Origin: Octopus sinensis
Lineage: Eukaryota
DNA: 64,000 nucleotides
Assembly (NCBI RefSeq): GCF_006345805.1
Contig: NC_043005.1
Span: 90,210,001-90,274,000 of the forward strand
Direction of reading: 5' to 3'
Shown: in pieces, positions 1 to 11,832 of the stretch
Layout of the letters: every line of letters starts with the position of its first letter
How positions within the stretch are numbered: position 1 is the stretch's first letter
The notes under the pieces: generated by a model
Databases searched by the model: none
The model's input: the letters and a program-made list of their open reading frames with translations, nothing else
Told to the model about the DNA's origin: nothing
Program-made: the position numbers and the translations under genes

Positions 1-255
1 AGGCCTATTAACGGATTAGCAGAAGGGAAAAAATGAGCTACGACTGAGAAGGGAAACTGGGTCACAGATTTGGTTCAGTGGGAACTTCACTTCTTACTCT
101 CTGTCACTCACCATGATATCCTGATACAACATGCATACATATCACACTTATGTGTTTATACGTGTAAGACATATACACATTTAGACATACAAGATTACAT
201 ACACTCACACATATATGTACACATACATACATACATATGTATATATACACATTGC

Positions 256-300
<45 letters not shown>

Positions 301-454
301 TACATACATATACGTACATACACACATACACACACATGCATACATATCTATAAATATAAATACATAAACACATATATATATATACAAACGTGTGTGTGTG
401 TGTGTATATATATATATAATATATATATATATTATATATATATATATAATATAT

Positions 455-720
455 ATAAGTAATACTAAGCAATAAGGGTTTAGCAACGAGTTGCCTTACC
501 ACATACCGAATTTAGAAATAGCAGTCAAAGGGTTATAGCTATTTCTTCTACTAAAAAGGGAGATCTCAGTAAAAACAGCATTTAAGGTGCGATGAATAAA
601 TTGTCATCTAAATTATGCAAAAATGAAAATAACACTCACATCTCATTTTAAAAGATATATTTACCAAAATTACATAAAAATATCTTGGAATGCTAAAGAG
701 TAAATTTATTCAATAAAATC
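455..720 (-). mobile_element. Penelope-like terminal region relic (family also at ~15440-15860 and ~22950-23410)
   Basis: Shared block AATAAGGGTTTAGCAACGAGTT..CCACATACC..TTTAGAAATAGC at 471-520, its reverse complement near 15700-15750, and a diverged copy near 23070-23130; abuts (TA)n. Confidence 0.45.
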
Positions 721-724
721 GCCA

Positions 725-1300
725 TTGGCTTCATCAATAGCCTCCAGACGACTTCAGAATCTCCTGCAACTCTTTTGGGCGGTCTCCTTGTTTAAACTGG
801 TGAATACTGCCATAATCCTTGCCTTCAGTTCATCTTTGGTGTTACAAGGAATTTTTGTTGGTCTCTCACTCAACTGTACCCCACACATAATAATCAAGGG
901 TGTTGCAGTCTGGGGAGTTAGCTGGCCAGATGTTAGGGGTGATGTGGTCTAGGAAATCGTCTGACAACCATATTTATAGATATGTATGCATGTGTGTGTA
1001 TGTGTGTATGTACGTATATGTATGTATGTGTGTGTGTATATATATATATATGACTGGGTTCTCCTGCTTGTGTGGCATGGTGCAGAGTCGTGTTGCCAGA
1101 CAGGGTCTTCCAGCAGCCACCCTCTTGACCCAGGGCAGCACTACCGCCTCCAAGCACTTGATGTAGGCCTTCATGTTGAGTCTGAGGCTGCGTGGTAAGA
1201 TGAATGGAGGCATAACGTCTCCATCATTAGTGATCCCTCCAAACACCAAGATGTTGAGTGGATGTTTGATTTTTATCACTCTTGGTGCATGTCCTCAAAT
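725..1300 (-). pseudogene. Tc1/mariner DD37D (maT-type) transposase C-terminal relic, split by an 80-bp microsatellite
   Basis: After joining across 971-1050 and one frameshift it reads KHPLNILVFGGITNDGDVMPPF..WQHDSAPCHTSRRTQSWLSDDFLDHITPNIWPANSPDCNTLDYYVWG; 37 residues lie between the second and third D. Confidence 0.85.
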
Positions 1301-1563
1301 TGACACCCAAACACTGTGAAATGTTCATATTGCAGCTTCCAGTGTGAATGCCAAGCAATACAGAAAGTCGTTTCCAAATTTCTGGCAAAGTGAATTGTGC
1401 CATGGTGCTGTTTTTCACACAGAGTGCCCAACTGACCCTACTATACTGTGTAGTTGACAGAATCAACAACAAGCAATGCACATGTGCAATATTAAAAATA
1501 TAAAATGGCAACAATTTACCCATTGCACCCTTAATATATACACACATATATGTATGTTTTATA

Positions 1564-1595
<32 letters not shown>

Positions 1596-2186
1596 CTTCT
1601 TTAGCATTAATGTAGTACAATAGTTTTCGTGTGTATATGTGTATGTGATATGCATATATACATGTATGCATGTATGTATACATGTATATATGTATACATA
1701 CATGCATTGAAAGGAGAGAAGAAGATAAGGAAATAATGTATTATATAATTGGGCAGGTAGGTAGATAAGCTTTTGTTTTAAACATAAATATGTTATATAT
1801 AATTATACGTAACAATATATGTGTATACACATTCATAGGTAGATAATTAAATACACAGGTATACATACATACACACACACACTCACATATACACACACAG
1901 AAACAGCAAGTGTTCATCCCACTGACTCCCTCTGAATTTCTCTTCAACACCCACCACGTGCTCACAAAAGCCAAACATGACACCCAGGTATGCCAATGTA
2001 TAGGAGCATGCTACATACACACACCCACACACACATGTATGCATGCATAAACATACACATGCAAACATACACACACGTCTATACACACATATGCACACAC
2101 ACACACATATTTGTATATACACATATACATGTATATACACACATACACATATTATACACACATATGTATACATGTATGTGTGTGCT

Positions 2187-2224
<38 letters not shown>

Positions 2225-2836
2225 GATACATACACTCATACATGTCCTCAAAATATCTTCAATCAAAATGATAACACTTTTGATGCTATGTGTGTGTATG
2301 TATGTTTATATTTAAATAGACTTTCCAGCTTCTTGCATCTCTTAAAACAAACAATTCAACAACATCTAGAAGCCCCCACACGACAAATTCAGTAAAACCC
2401 ATTTCACTATCAACTTCTTATACACAAATTGAAACCCTAAACCAGTGGAAGGGTTGGAAAGCTATGTTTCCCTCAACTGAAACCTACACCAATCCACATG
2501 CTTCCTAAACTTAAACATATACAGCAGAATGTCATATTTTTATTTCTTATCTTCTAATTTGTTGCTGCTGTTGTTTATTCTCAGCCCTGATCCAGCAAAA
2601 TTACGATCAAAATATTTTCATCATTGACATCCTCCTGTCTTTTAATCAGAAGCTGTGTATCTAGAAATACACCTTTTTGATGAATCTGTAGCTGATCTCT
2701 GTTTCAAGTTGAAACTGGAACTTGTATTTTTCTTGTCAGTAAATTCTCAATAAATATTTAGATTCTTTGAGTTGCCTGTTGACATCAGAATCAAAAAGCT
2801 GACCAATTTCTTTAAGAATCTAAATATACAGGGCAC

Positions 2837-3033
2837 TCTCTTTTATTCTCTTTTACTTGTTTCAGTCATTTTGACTGTGGCCATGCCGGAGCACTGCCTT
2901 TAGTCAAGCAAATCGACCCCAGGACTTATTCTTTGTAAGCCTAGTACTTATTCTATCGGTCTCTTTTGCTGAACCGGTAAGTTACAGGGACGTAAACACA
3001 CCACCATCGGTTGTCAAGCAAACATATACACAC

Positions 3034-3067
<34 letters not shown>

Positions 3068-3305
3068 CATCATCATCATCAAAGCGGACGTTAAATGATG
3101 ATGATGATGATGATATATATATATATATATATATGACGGGCTTCTTCCAGTTTCCGTCTACCAAATCCACTCACAAGGCCTGAGTGTTATAGTTTGGTCA
3201 GCCTGAGGTTATAGTAGAAGATACTTGCCCAAGGTGCCATGTAGTGGGGATGAACCTGGAACCATGTGGTTGGTAAGCAAGCTACTTACCACACAGCCAC
3301 TCCTG
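2837..3305 (-). mobile_element. tRNA-headed SINE family A (CORE-like middle, internal microsatellite)
   Basis: Head GTGGCTGTGTGGTAAGTAGCTTGC, middle GGCACCTTGGGCAAGT, tail CAGTCAAAATGACTGAAACAAGTAAAAG; at least 8 copies in the window. Confidence 0.85.
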
Positions 3306-3379
3306 AGGAGTATTTGAGGACATTTTGTTTTTAGCTCATTACACCTTTAAATTATTTAATGTATCATTTGTTTTTTGTT

Positions 3380-3640
3380 TTTTTTTCAGATAACCCTTTC
3401 AAGACATCATGCTGACTCAAGAAATGAAAAAACAGTCATAGTTGCTATACGTGCAAACCACAGTGATTTAGAAATTGGCAACTTTCTAAATGTTGCAAGA
3501 TCATTTGTACACAAAGTTTGGTTAGAATTGGAGGCATGTGATGGTAATGTTTCACCTGTATCAAAGAGAAAACAACATTCACAATATTCAGACATTAAAA
3601 GAACACCAGAATTTATACGACATGTTCAAAACATTGTCAA
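3380..3640 (+). pseudogene. maT-type transposase N-terminal fragment
   Basis: VIVAIRANHSDLEIGNFLNVARSFVHKV..VSKRKQHSQYSDIKRTPEFIRHVQNIV resembles a maT/Tc1 N-terminal HTH region; truncated by a SINE. Confidence 0.65.
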
Positions 3641-3645
3641 TTATA

Positions 3646-3960
3646 GGCACAGGAGAGGCTGTGTGGTAAATAGCTTGCTTACCAACCACATGGTTCTGAG
3701 TTCAGTCCTATTGCATGGCACCTTGGGGAAGTGTCTTCTACTATAGCCTTGGGCCGACCAAAGCCTTGTGAGTGGATTTGGTAGATAGAAAATGAAAGAA
3801 GCCCATCGTAGATATATATATATAGCAGTTCGGCAAAAGAGACCGATAGAATAAGTACTAGGCTTACAAAGCATAAGTCTTGGGGTTGAGTTGCTCTACT
3901 AAAGGCGGTGCTCCAGCATGGACTCTGTCATATGACTGAAACAAATAAAAGAATAAAAGA
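3646..3960 (+). mobile_element. SINE family A (internally deleted)
   Basis: Same head, middle and tail as 2837-3305. Confidence 0.85.
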
Positions 3961-4004
3961 TGAAAACCCCGACCAATGAGATCCATTGCTAAAGAACTTT
4001 GGGT

Positions 4005-4335
4005 GTCAGGGTGAACTTTGCCCTTCATCCTTTCGGGGTCGATTAAATAAGTACCAGTTACGCACGGTGGTTGATATAATTAACTTAATCCATTTGTCTG
4101 TCTTTGTTCGTCCCCTCTGTGTGTAGCCCCTTGTGGGCAGTAAATAAATAGGTATTTCGTCTGCCGTTACATTCTGAGTCCAAATTCCTCTGAAGTCGAC
4201 TTTGCCTTTCATCTTTTCGGGGTCGATTAAATAAGTACCAGTTATGCACAGGGGTTGATATAATTGACTTAACCCGTTTGTCTGTCCTTGTTTGTCCCCT
4301 CTGTGTGTAGCCCCTTGTGGACAGTAAAGAAATAA
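4005..4335 (+). mobile_element. Two tandem partial copies of SINE family B (Meta-domain-like core)
   Basis: GACTTTGCCTTTCATCCTTTCGGGGTCGATTAAATAAGTACCAG core and CCCCTTGTGGGCAGTAAAGAAATA tail each occur twice. Confidence 0.8.
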
Positions 4336-5509
4336 GAACTGTGGTACATCGTGACATTTGATACAAGTCCTATGTAATGAGGAGAGCCAACCGAGTTGAA
4401 ATCTTTGATTTTTTCAAATACTTTATTTTTGGATGGGATCATGTGTTTTCTTTTCCTTTTATGCAAACTGTCAGATTTAACCTGAACATCCTGTCTATAT
4501 ACTTACACAAGTGAGGGGACAAATAAAAGAAAGTGGCACTCAACACATTTGGTAGAAGTTACATATATAATTTATTTAATGATAATTTGATTTGGGTACC
4601 ATGCAACTCAGTTTCACAGGCTTGTCAAACAAACCGTTTGGTGAGATTTTAAGTTGCATGGAACTGAATCAAACACTTATAAAATAAAATAATATATATA
4701 TACACACAATTATATATACACGCACACACATATACACATATATATATATATACACTCATATATACATACATACATGCATATATACACACATGTACACACA
4801 CACACACACACACATACACACACACAATTCTATGGAAAGAATTCACCAGTTTTGCCAATGTAGAACTTTCGTAAGCTATTGAATATACAACATAATACAA
4901 GAAAATTAATTCCAGAAAACGGCTGAAGTTTACATTTTTATTTATTTTTTCCAATTTCCTCCTTTCATTCTTTCTTTCTCTATCTATTTATTGGCATAAA
5001 TGAATATTTGAATTCCATTAACTGTGAGATTTGGAAGAGACACTTGGAAGCAGTCTTTTGAATCAATAAGTTGAAGTATAATGTCTAAAAGCTGATGGTT
5101 AGTATTAACCACAAACATTGCAGAACATATATGCAGAACATAGGAACCATAAAATCAATTCTCACATGCATACACACACACAAACACGTTTCTGCCTGAT
5201 ATCAAGTATGCATGCAAGCACACACATGCATACACACACGTTTATTGAGTCAAATCTCAGATACACATATACTTATGATATATATATATATATATAATGT
5301 GTGCATGTATTTATATGTCACGTCAACTCTATAATAAACAAAGATTTGCTGTTCGTATTTATGTAAGCTAAGAATAAATGCATGCATGGTCAGGATGCCA
5401 GCAACTGAAATGGCAACACCCGACGAAGCTAGCTTGGAATAGAAGAGGAGGAGGATGAGGAATTATTGATACTCTGCAGAATGAAAGACAAAACCTCTCA
5501 AAGGGTATT

Positions 5510-5764
5510 ATTTACATTATTTACATTAGACGGATATTTGTCCTCATCTTGTTTGTTGTTAACATGTTTCGGCTGATATACCCTCCAGCCTTCTTCAGGT
5601 GTCTTGGGGAAATTTCGAACTTAGGTTCTCATTCCAAGGTATTTTTCGATGTTATCATTATTATTATAATTATTATTATTATTATCATTCAGGTCACTGC
5701 CTGGAATCGAACTCGTAATTTTGGGGTTAGTAGCCCGCGCCCTTAATCACTACACCATATGCCC
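5510..5764 (-). mobile_element. tRNA-headed SINE-like element with degenerate hammerhead tail
   Basis: Minus strand: A box TGGTGTAGTGATTAA, B box GAGTTCGATTCC, (AAT)n, body, then CTGAAGA-a-GGCTG..CAGCC-GAAA with stem III damaged. Confidence 0.75.
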
Positions 5765-5824
5765 AAAGTGGTTAAGAGCACGGGCTACTAACCCCAAGAT
5801 TACGAGTTCAATTCCAGGCAGTGA

Positions 5825-5863
<39 letters not shown>

Positions 5864-5879
5864 TGATAATAATAATAAT

Positions 5880-6345
5880 GGTATAAAAGATGGGCTACAG
5901 CAAATATTCTGCTTAATACCACAGATTTGCTTGTCAGTTGTTTGACCGTAACCAGTTGAGCATGTCCCTTAGTGGCTGACAACATGTGCATTTCTTACCA
6001 TGAGCAGAAGTAGTGGGGGAGCATCATAGCCATGTATTGAAAGGAATTCTTGGAGGTTTGGATAATTCACCTTTGGAAACATGGGTGGTTCACTGCACAT
6101 CCTTAATCCTTATTCAGGGACCATTTGAGCGGGATGGGCTACTCGACCAGAAGAAAATTCTAACTGGGCCCCACTTGCAAGGTCATGTGCTGTTTATCTT
6201 GATATGAGATCACCATGTTGCGCACATATGGTTGTGATGCATGTGCCTAGTGTACCCTTATCAGATGGGTAGTCATGATGGGTATACTAGGCTTCGTATA
6301 TTTTACCCCAGTGTCACTTTGATGGCATGCACTGCTCTCTCACTC
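5880..6345 (+). mobile_element. Non-coding retroelement 3' end inserted in an (AAT)n tract (possibly R4/Dong-type)
   Basis: About 465 bp absent from the sister copy, with (AAT)n on both sides and ending CTCTCACTC(AAT)n. Family assignment is inference. Confidence 0.5.
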
Positions 6346-6449
6346 AATAATAATAATAATATTAACAACTTCGAAAAATACCTTAGGAATGAGAACCCAG
6401 GTTCGAAAAATACCTTAGGAATGAGAACCCAGGTTTGAAATTTCCCCAA

Positions 6450-6495
6450 AACACCTGATGAAGGCTGGAGGGTATATCAGCTGAAACGTTGTGTT
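6450..6495 (+). ncRNA. Minimal type I hammerhead ribozyme (intact core)
   Basis: AACAC (stem I) CTGATGA a GGCTG-10nt-CAGCT (stem II) GAAA CGT T GTGTT; loopless ACGU stem III as in dimeric Penelope-type hammerheads; predicted cleavage after 6490. Confidence 0.8.
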
Positions 6496-6671
6496 AACAA
6501 CAAACAAGATGAGGACAAATATCCATGAAATGTAAATAATGTACATAATTCCTCATCTCTTAAATATAGAACTGTACTCTCAAAGGGTTGTCGAACTTGA
6601 AATGGTCAAAGCCAGTGTCAGTATACACATACATACATGTGCATATACACATACATATATATATATATATG

Positions 6672-9270
6672 TCAGATGGCCCGAGGGCCTTTCTCTCCCA
6701 GGAATGACAAGATGTGAACGTGGACAGGCGAGGTCCCTCCTGAACCTCACCAACACCCTGTACATGGAGCAAGTAATACTGCAACCAACCAGAGCAGGTA
6801 ACACACTGGATCTCTGCTTCACAAATAATATGGATCTCATCAATAATGTGAAAGTGACACCGACACTACTCTCAGATCACAACATGGTAGAGCTGACCAT
6901 GTACGGGTCAAAAGAGAGCACGGACATGCAGCCTACAAGAAACCCTCAGAATCTTTCCAGCTTGAACTTCAATAAGGCAAACTGGAAACAAATTGAGAAA
7001 GAGATCCTCAAACAAAACTGGCCTGAATGTCTCTCCTCGCCGGACATCGACATGATACTTCAACAATTCATGTCTGTAATGCAAGCCATATGCTACAAAT
7101 GTGTCCCAGAGAGAAAGGCCACTGTACACAAGAACAAAATCCCCAGAGAGAGGAAAATTTTAATGAGACGGCGTACAAAAATTTCAAATCGCCTAAACAA
7201 ACAAATTGAAAGCAGTGAAAAGTCCCGCCTGAAAATAAAACTGTTGGAAATTGAAAATTGTCTGCAACTCTCCCATGAGAAGGAAAGAGCAGACAAAGAA
7301 GCCTGGGCTATAGACAACATAAAAACTAACCCCAGAGCTTTCTACAGGTATGCCAAAGAAACAGCTACGGTGCACTGTAGGATAGGGCCACTCCTTGAAA
7401 AGGATGGCACACTCACAGGAAAACCAATGAGGGTAAGTGAAATACTGAATGAACAATTCAAGAGTGTTTTCACTCCACCCCTTGGGCATTTCCAAATCAG
7501 CAATCCAACTGACTTCTTTACCACTGCAGATATAGAATCAGAGGCGGCGACGATAAATTACATCGATATAAAGGAAGACGATGTAATAAAGGCTATAGAT
7601 GAAATGAAAATAGACTCAGCTATTGGCCCCGATGGATTCCCGGCAATCCTCCTAAAAGTATGTAAGAGAGTCTTAGCAAGACCACTGCAGTTCCTCTTTC
7701 AGAGCTTCCTTGCAGCTGGCAAACTTCCAAGGGGACTGAAGGAAGGTAAAATATGCCCTATTCATAAAGGAGGTAGCAGAGCGGAGGCCAAGAACTACAG
7801 ACCTATCTCTCTGACCTCACACATCAGCAAGGTCATGGAACGAATAGTCAGAAGGAAACTAATCACCTTCCTTGAAGAAAATAACTTGCTGCCTGACACC
7901 CAACATGGTTTCCGACCAGGAAGAAGCTGCTTAACTCAGCTCCTGCAGCACTATGACTGGGTGCTGAAACAACTGCTCAACCACTCAAATGTGGAAGTCA
8001 TATATCTCGACTTCGCAAAGGCCTTCGATAAAGTCGATCATGGAATGATATGTCACAAACTGCGTGATCTTGGCATAGTTGAAAACTAGGAGAATGGCTT
8101 CACAACTTTCTGAAGAATAGAAGTCAGGTGGTAGTAGCCAATGGGGCCACTTCCATTAGCACGCAAATAGTGAGCGGTGTTCCACAGGGCACTGTTTTGG
8201 GACCACTACTGTTCATAATGGCCCTCTCAGACATGCCCTCAGCCACGCAGAGAGCCACGATCACAAGTTATGCAGATGATACAAAAGTTTCACAGGCAAT
8301 ACAGAACCCTGAGGACACTAAACACCTGCAATGTGAGCTGGACGAAATATACAAGTGGGCTGAAAAGAATAGCATGCAGTTCAATGCTGGAAAGTTTCAA
8401 GCTTTATACTATCAGCATGCAAAACTGAATGCAATACCCAATGAATACACTGGACCGGGAGGGATTGCAATCCCAGAGGCACAATCAGTGCATGACCTGG
8501 GTATTCACATGAGTGATGACGCGACCTTTCATGTACATGTTGCTAAACTGACAATGAAATGTAGACGGCTGGCTGGCTGGATTCTTAGAACCTTTAGAAC
8601 AAGAGAACAAGAAACCATGATGGTCCTCTGGAAGACACTTGTCCTAAGCCACTTTGACTATTGCTCTCAGCTATGGTCACCATCCAGTGTCAAGTTGATC
8701 ACAGAACTTGAGGCGATCCAACGAAGCTACACAAAGAAGATAGCCTCTATGCAGAATGTAAGCTACTGGGAAAGACTCAAGAGATTAAAATTATATTCCC
8801 TGGAGCGTAGGCGGGAAAGATATGCCATAATATACATCTGGAAGATCCTGGAGGGAAGTGTCCTGAACTTTGGCATCGAGAGTTACGCAAATGCCAGAAC
8901 TGGGCGCCACTGCGTGGTGCCTAGGACTCCAAACTTGCCATCAAGATGTAGGACAAGATTCTGTGATAGCCTGGGCTTCCGAGGCCCACAGCTCTTCAAT
9001 ATCCTCCCGAAGACCTGAGAGACCTGCATGGGGTGGATACAGATGTCTTTAAAATGAAGCTGGATCTCTTCCTGTCAGGTGTCCCAGATGAACCAACTTC
9101 ACGGCAGGAGGGGCAGATGAGGGCAGCTGCATCGAACTCTCTCATGCACCAAATAGCAGTTGCTAGAAAGCCTCCATGAAGTGAAACCAAGTAGCAACAC
9201 TAAATGGCGGTGCCCCAGCATGGCCACAGCTCATAAGCTGAAACTAGAATCAATCAATCAATCAATCAAT
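6672..9270 (+). mobile_element. 5'-truncated CR1-group LINE (endonuclease C-terminus plus reverse transcriptase)
   Basis: ORFs 6539-8089 and 8128-9018 carry TLDLCF, SDHN, NYRPISLTS, QHGFR, DFAKAFDKV, GVPQGTVLGP, YADDTK and YSLERRRERY; frameshifts near 8085 and 9015; short 3' UTR ending (ATCA)n. Confidence 0.9.
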
Positions 9271-9284
9271 CATATATATATATA

Positions 9285-9500
9285 TATTATATAAAATCCA
9301 TTCTGTCTGTCTGTGTGTGTGTCTTCTAGGGTCTTGTGCATCCTCCATCCGATTGCGCTCAAATTTGATATGTAGATACTGACGGTATCTAAGCATGTAT
9401 AAGTCTTCGAAAAATTACAAAAATCGATTCCAGGTGAGAATGTGATCGATAAAGCCGTGGGAACGTGCATTTGTATGTGCAAATACATCAGTTGTTGCGA
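9285..9500 (+). mobile_element. Helitron/Helentron-type non-autonomous element 5' part (DINE-1-like)
   Basis: TATATAAAATCCATT(CTGT)n followed by CCGATTGCGCTCAAATTTGATATGTAG; no 3' hairpin/CTAG found. Confidence 0.45.
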
Positions 9501-10056
9501 CTGATACTATGCGTATGTGAGAAAAATGCACATGCAGTTTGTGCAAAAAAAGCTGGCTGGCTTGAAATAATACCACAAAATGCAGCATATTTAAGAGACC
9601 AAAAAAGTAAGATGCAAAAGAGATATTTTCTTCAAACTTGGCATGAAGGAAGGAAAGACTATTTGGTTTCTCAAGAAGTTTTTTTTTTGCCTTAACTTCG
9701 TTTAACAAAACCAAAAATTTTATTGAAATAAAGACATGCTTAATTATTTTTTAATGAAAAGAACTGTTTAAATCATGTTTGTGTTCTCCCAGTCAACAGC
9801 CTTATCATTACTGGTACTTTAAACTTTTCGGTTGCATATTTGTGTGAATAAAATCGTTTTTCTTTGGAATAGAAAAAAGTCTATCTTTACTTCTTCTTTT
9901 GCTGGTGTCTCAAATTTAGGTTAAATCAGTGTTTCTCAAAGGGGAGGTCTATGGGATGGTCGGACAAGTCGTTTTAAGAAAATTTGGTTTAAATGTTTGA
10001 CAACTCAGCACCATCCATTGGACGGGGGGGGGGGGGGTTGCTCGTATATATATCAT

Positions 10057-10210
10057 CATCATCATCATCATCATCATCATTCAATGTCCGCTTTCCATGC
10101 TGGCATGGGTTGGACGGTTCAACTGGGGTCTGGGAAGCCAGAAGGCTGCACCAGGCCCAGTCTGATCTGGCAGTGTTTCTACAGCTGGATGCCCTTCCTA
10201 ACGCCAACAT
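10057..10210 (-). mobile_element. RTE LINE 3' tail fragment
   Basis: Reverse complement of 32690-32830 ending in (GAT)n; similar stubs at 20940-21200, 27140-27470, 35650-35705 and 60370-60480. Confidence 0.85.
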
Positions 10211-10489
10211 ATATATATATTATATGTAATTATCTTCATCATTGTCTTAATGGTCATTTTTCCATGTTCTCATGGATCAGATAGGGTTTATTGAGGCAAA
10301 TTTTCTCTGGCTGGATGCTCTTCCGGTAGCAAACACTTGAAGTGATATTTCCCAATGGCCAGACATGTTCTTGCAGAATGCTGGAAATGAATGACACTAC
10401 TTGTGTGATAGGGATACTCCTTTAGAACTGTCATGCAGTGTCAAGACAAAGAGAGAGAGAGACTGGTTAAACAGAGACAGATATAGAAA

Positions 10490-10603
10490 TAGAGATAAAG
10501 GTATGTAGATAGATAGGTAGATAGAGAGATAGATAGATAAATAGATAGATAGACAGACAGACAGATAGATAGATAGATAGATGGATGGATGGATAGATGG
10601 ATG

Positions 10604-10685
<82 letters not shown>

Positions 10686-10726
10686 TAGATAGACAGACAG
10701 ACAGGCAGACAGGCAGAGAGACAGAC

Positions 10727-10793
<67 letters not shown>

Positions 10794-10800
10794 CAGACAG
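10490..10800. repeat. (GATA)n/(GACA)n microsatellite
   Basis: Direct reading. Confidence 0.95.
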
Positions 10801-11642
10801 ATGTGTGTGTGTACAGAAATCCAGTGGGACTAAACCTGAAACCATTTAGTTGGAAAATGCACTTTTTAGCCACACAAACTTACTTCTACTTATTTACAAC
10901 TATTTAGTCATTTTTCAACAAGTGACAACCAATTTACATGGAGATTCCTTCAAGCATAAAACTGATTGACCAAATTTATTCTTACTGACATATATTCTAG
11001 CTAGACTATTCAGTAAAAACACTATCAAATTCCTAGTTATTACAGCCAGAATATGAAATACATTTCAAAACTTCAAAATTATATATGAATAAAATATATT
11101 TTATTTTATTATTTTTTTACCCTGACATTTCTTAAAAAGTAATTTATTTTATTTCTTATGAAGAAATTGTTTGAGTGCAAATGTCTGTTTTATAGTTTGA
11201 TGATTAAACTAGGATATTCCTCTCAGAACATATCATCTTTTATTCTTATCACTGCTTTCGGTTGGACAGTGGCCAATGCCAGGGTTGCATCATCAAAGAC
11301 TTCAGTAATCGATTCTATCAATTCTAGTACTTTGGTACTTGTGTTATTGATCTCATAGTTATTGATCTCGTAGGTGAACCTGGTTGGTTCAAATGAAATA
11401 TTAGAAGGTATTTTTGTTTGACACACTGGTTTTTCCATGCTTTATCTATTAGTATATATATATGTACACACACACACACACACACATACGTGCATACACA
11501 CACACTCCAAAGCACACACACACACACACATGTACATACACACACACACATATATATATATATTTAAATTATCTATCTGTCTGTCTGTCTACCTGTCAGT
11601 TAATCCATCATATATGATTGTATGTATATATATATATATATA

Positions 11643-11832
11643 GTTAATCCAAACAAGAAAACACAAAAAAAACACAACAACGCGAGGACGTGGAACAAAT
11701 ATAGTATTATTGGACGCTCAGGAAAGAAGGAAAGAAGGAGGGTTTAACGTTTCGAGCAGAGCTCTTCGTCGGAAACATAGGAGAAGGAAAGATCCAGAGA
11801 AGGGAAGACAGAGGAAAAAAAATCGCCAACCA
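11643..11832 (-). mobile_element. ~190-bp solo Penelope-type terminal repeat with hammerhead (core CCGACGA, U4 mutated)
   Basis: Minus strand GTTT CCGACGA a GAGC-TCT-GCTC GAAA CGT T AAAC; homologous to 51510-51690; flanked by (TA)n. Confidence 0.7.

Larger units (their letters stand above)
5767..6575 (+). mobile_element. Second copy of the tRNA-headed hammerhead SINE, interrupted at 5880-6345
   Basis: Head is the near-perfect reverse complement of 5687-5752; body and tail at 6360-6545 match the minus copy; a 32-bp tandem duplication at 6370-6433. Confidence 0.75.

Noticed and set aside
5687-5830. SINE heads as functional tRNA genes
   Set aside because: No pairable acceptor stem; they are contiguous with repeat bodies.
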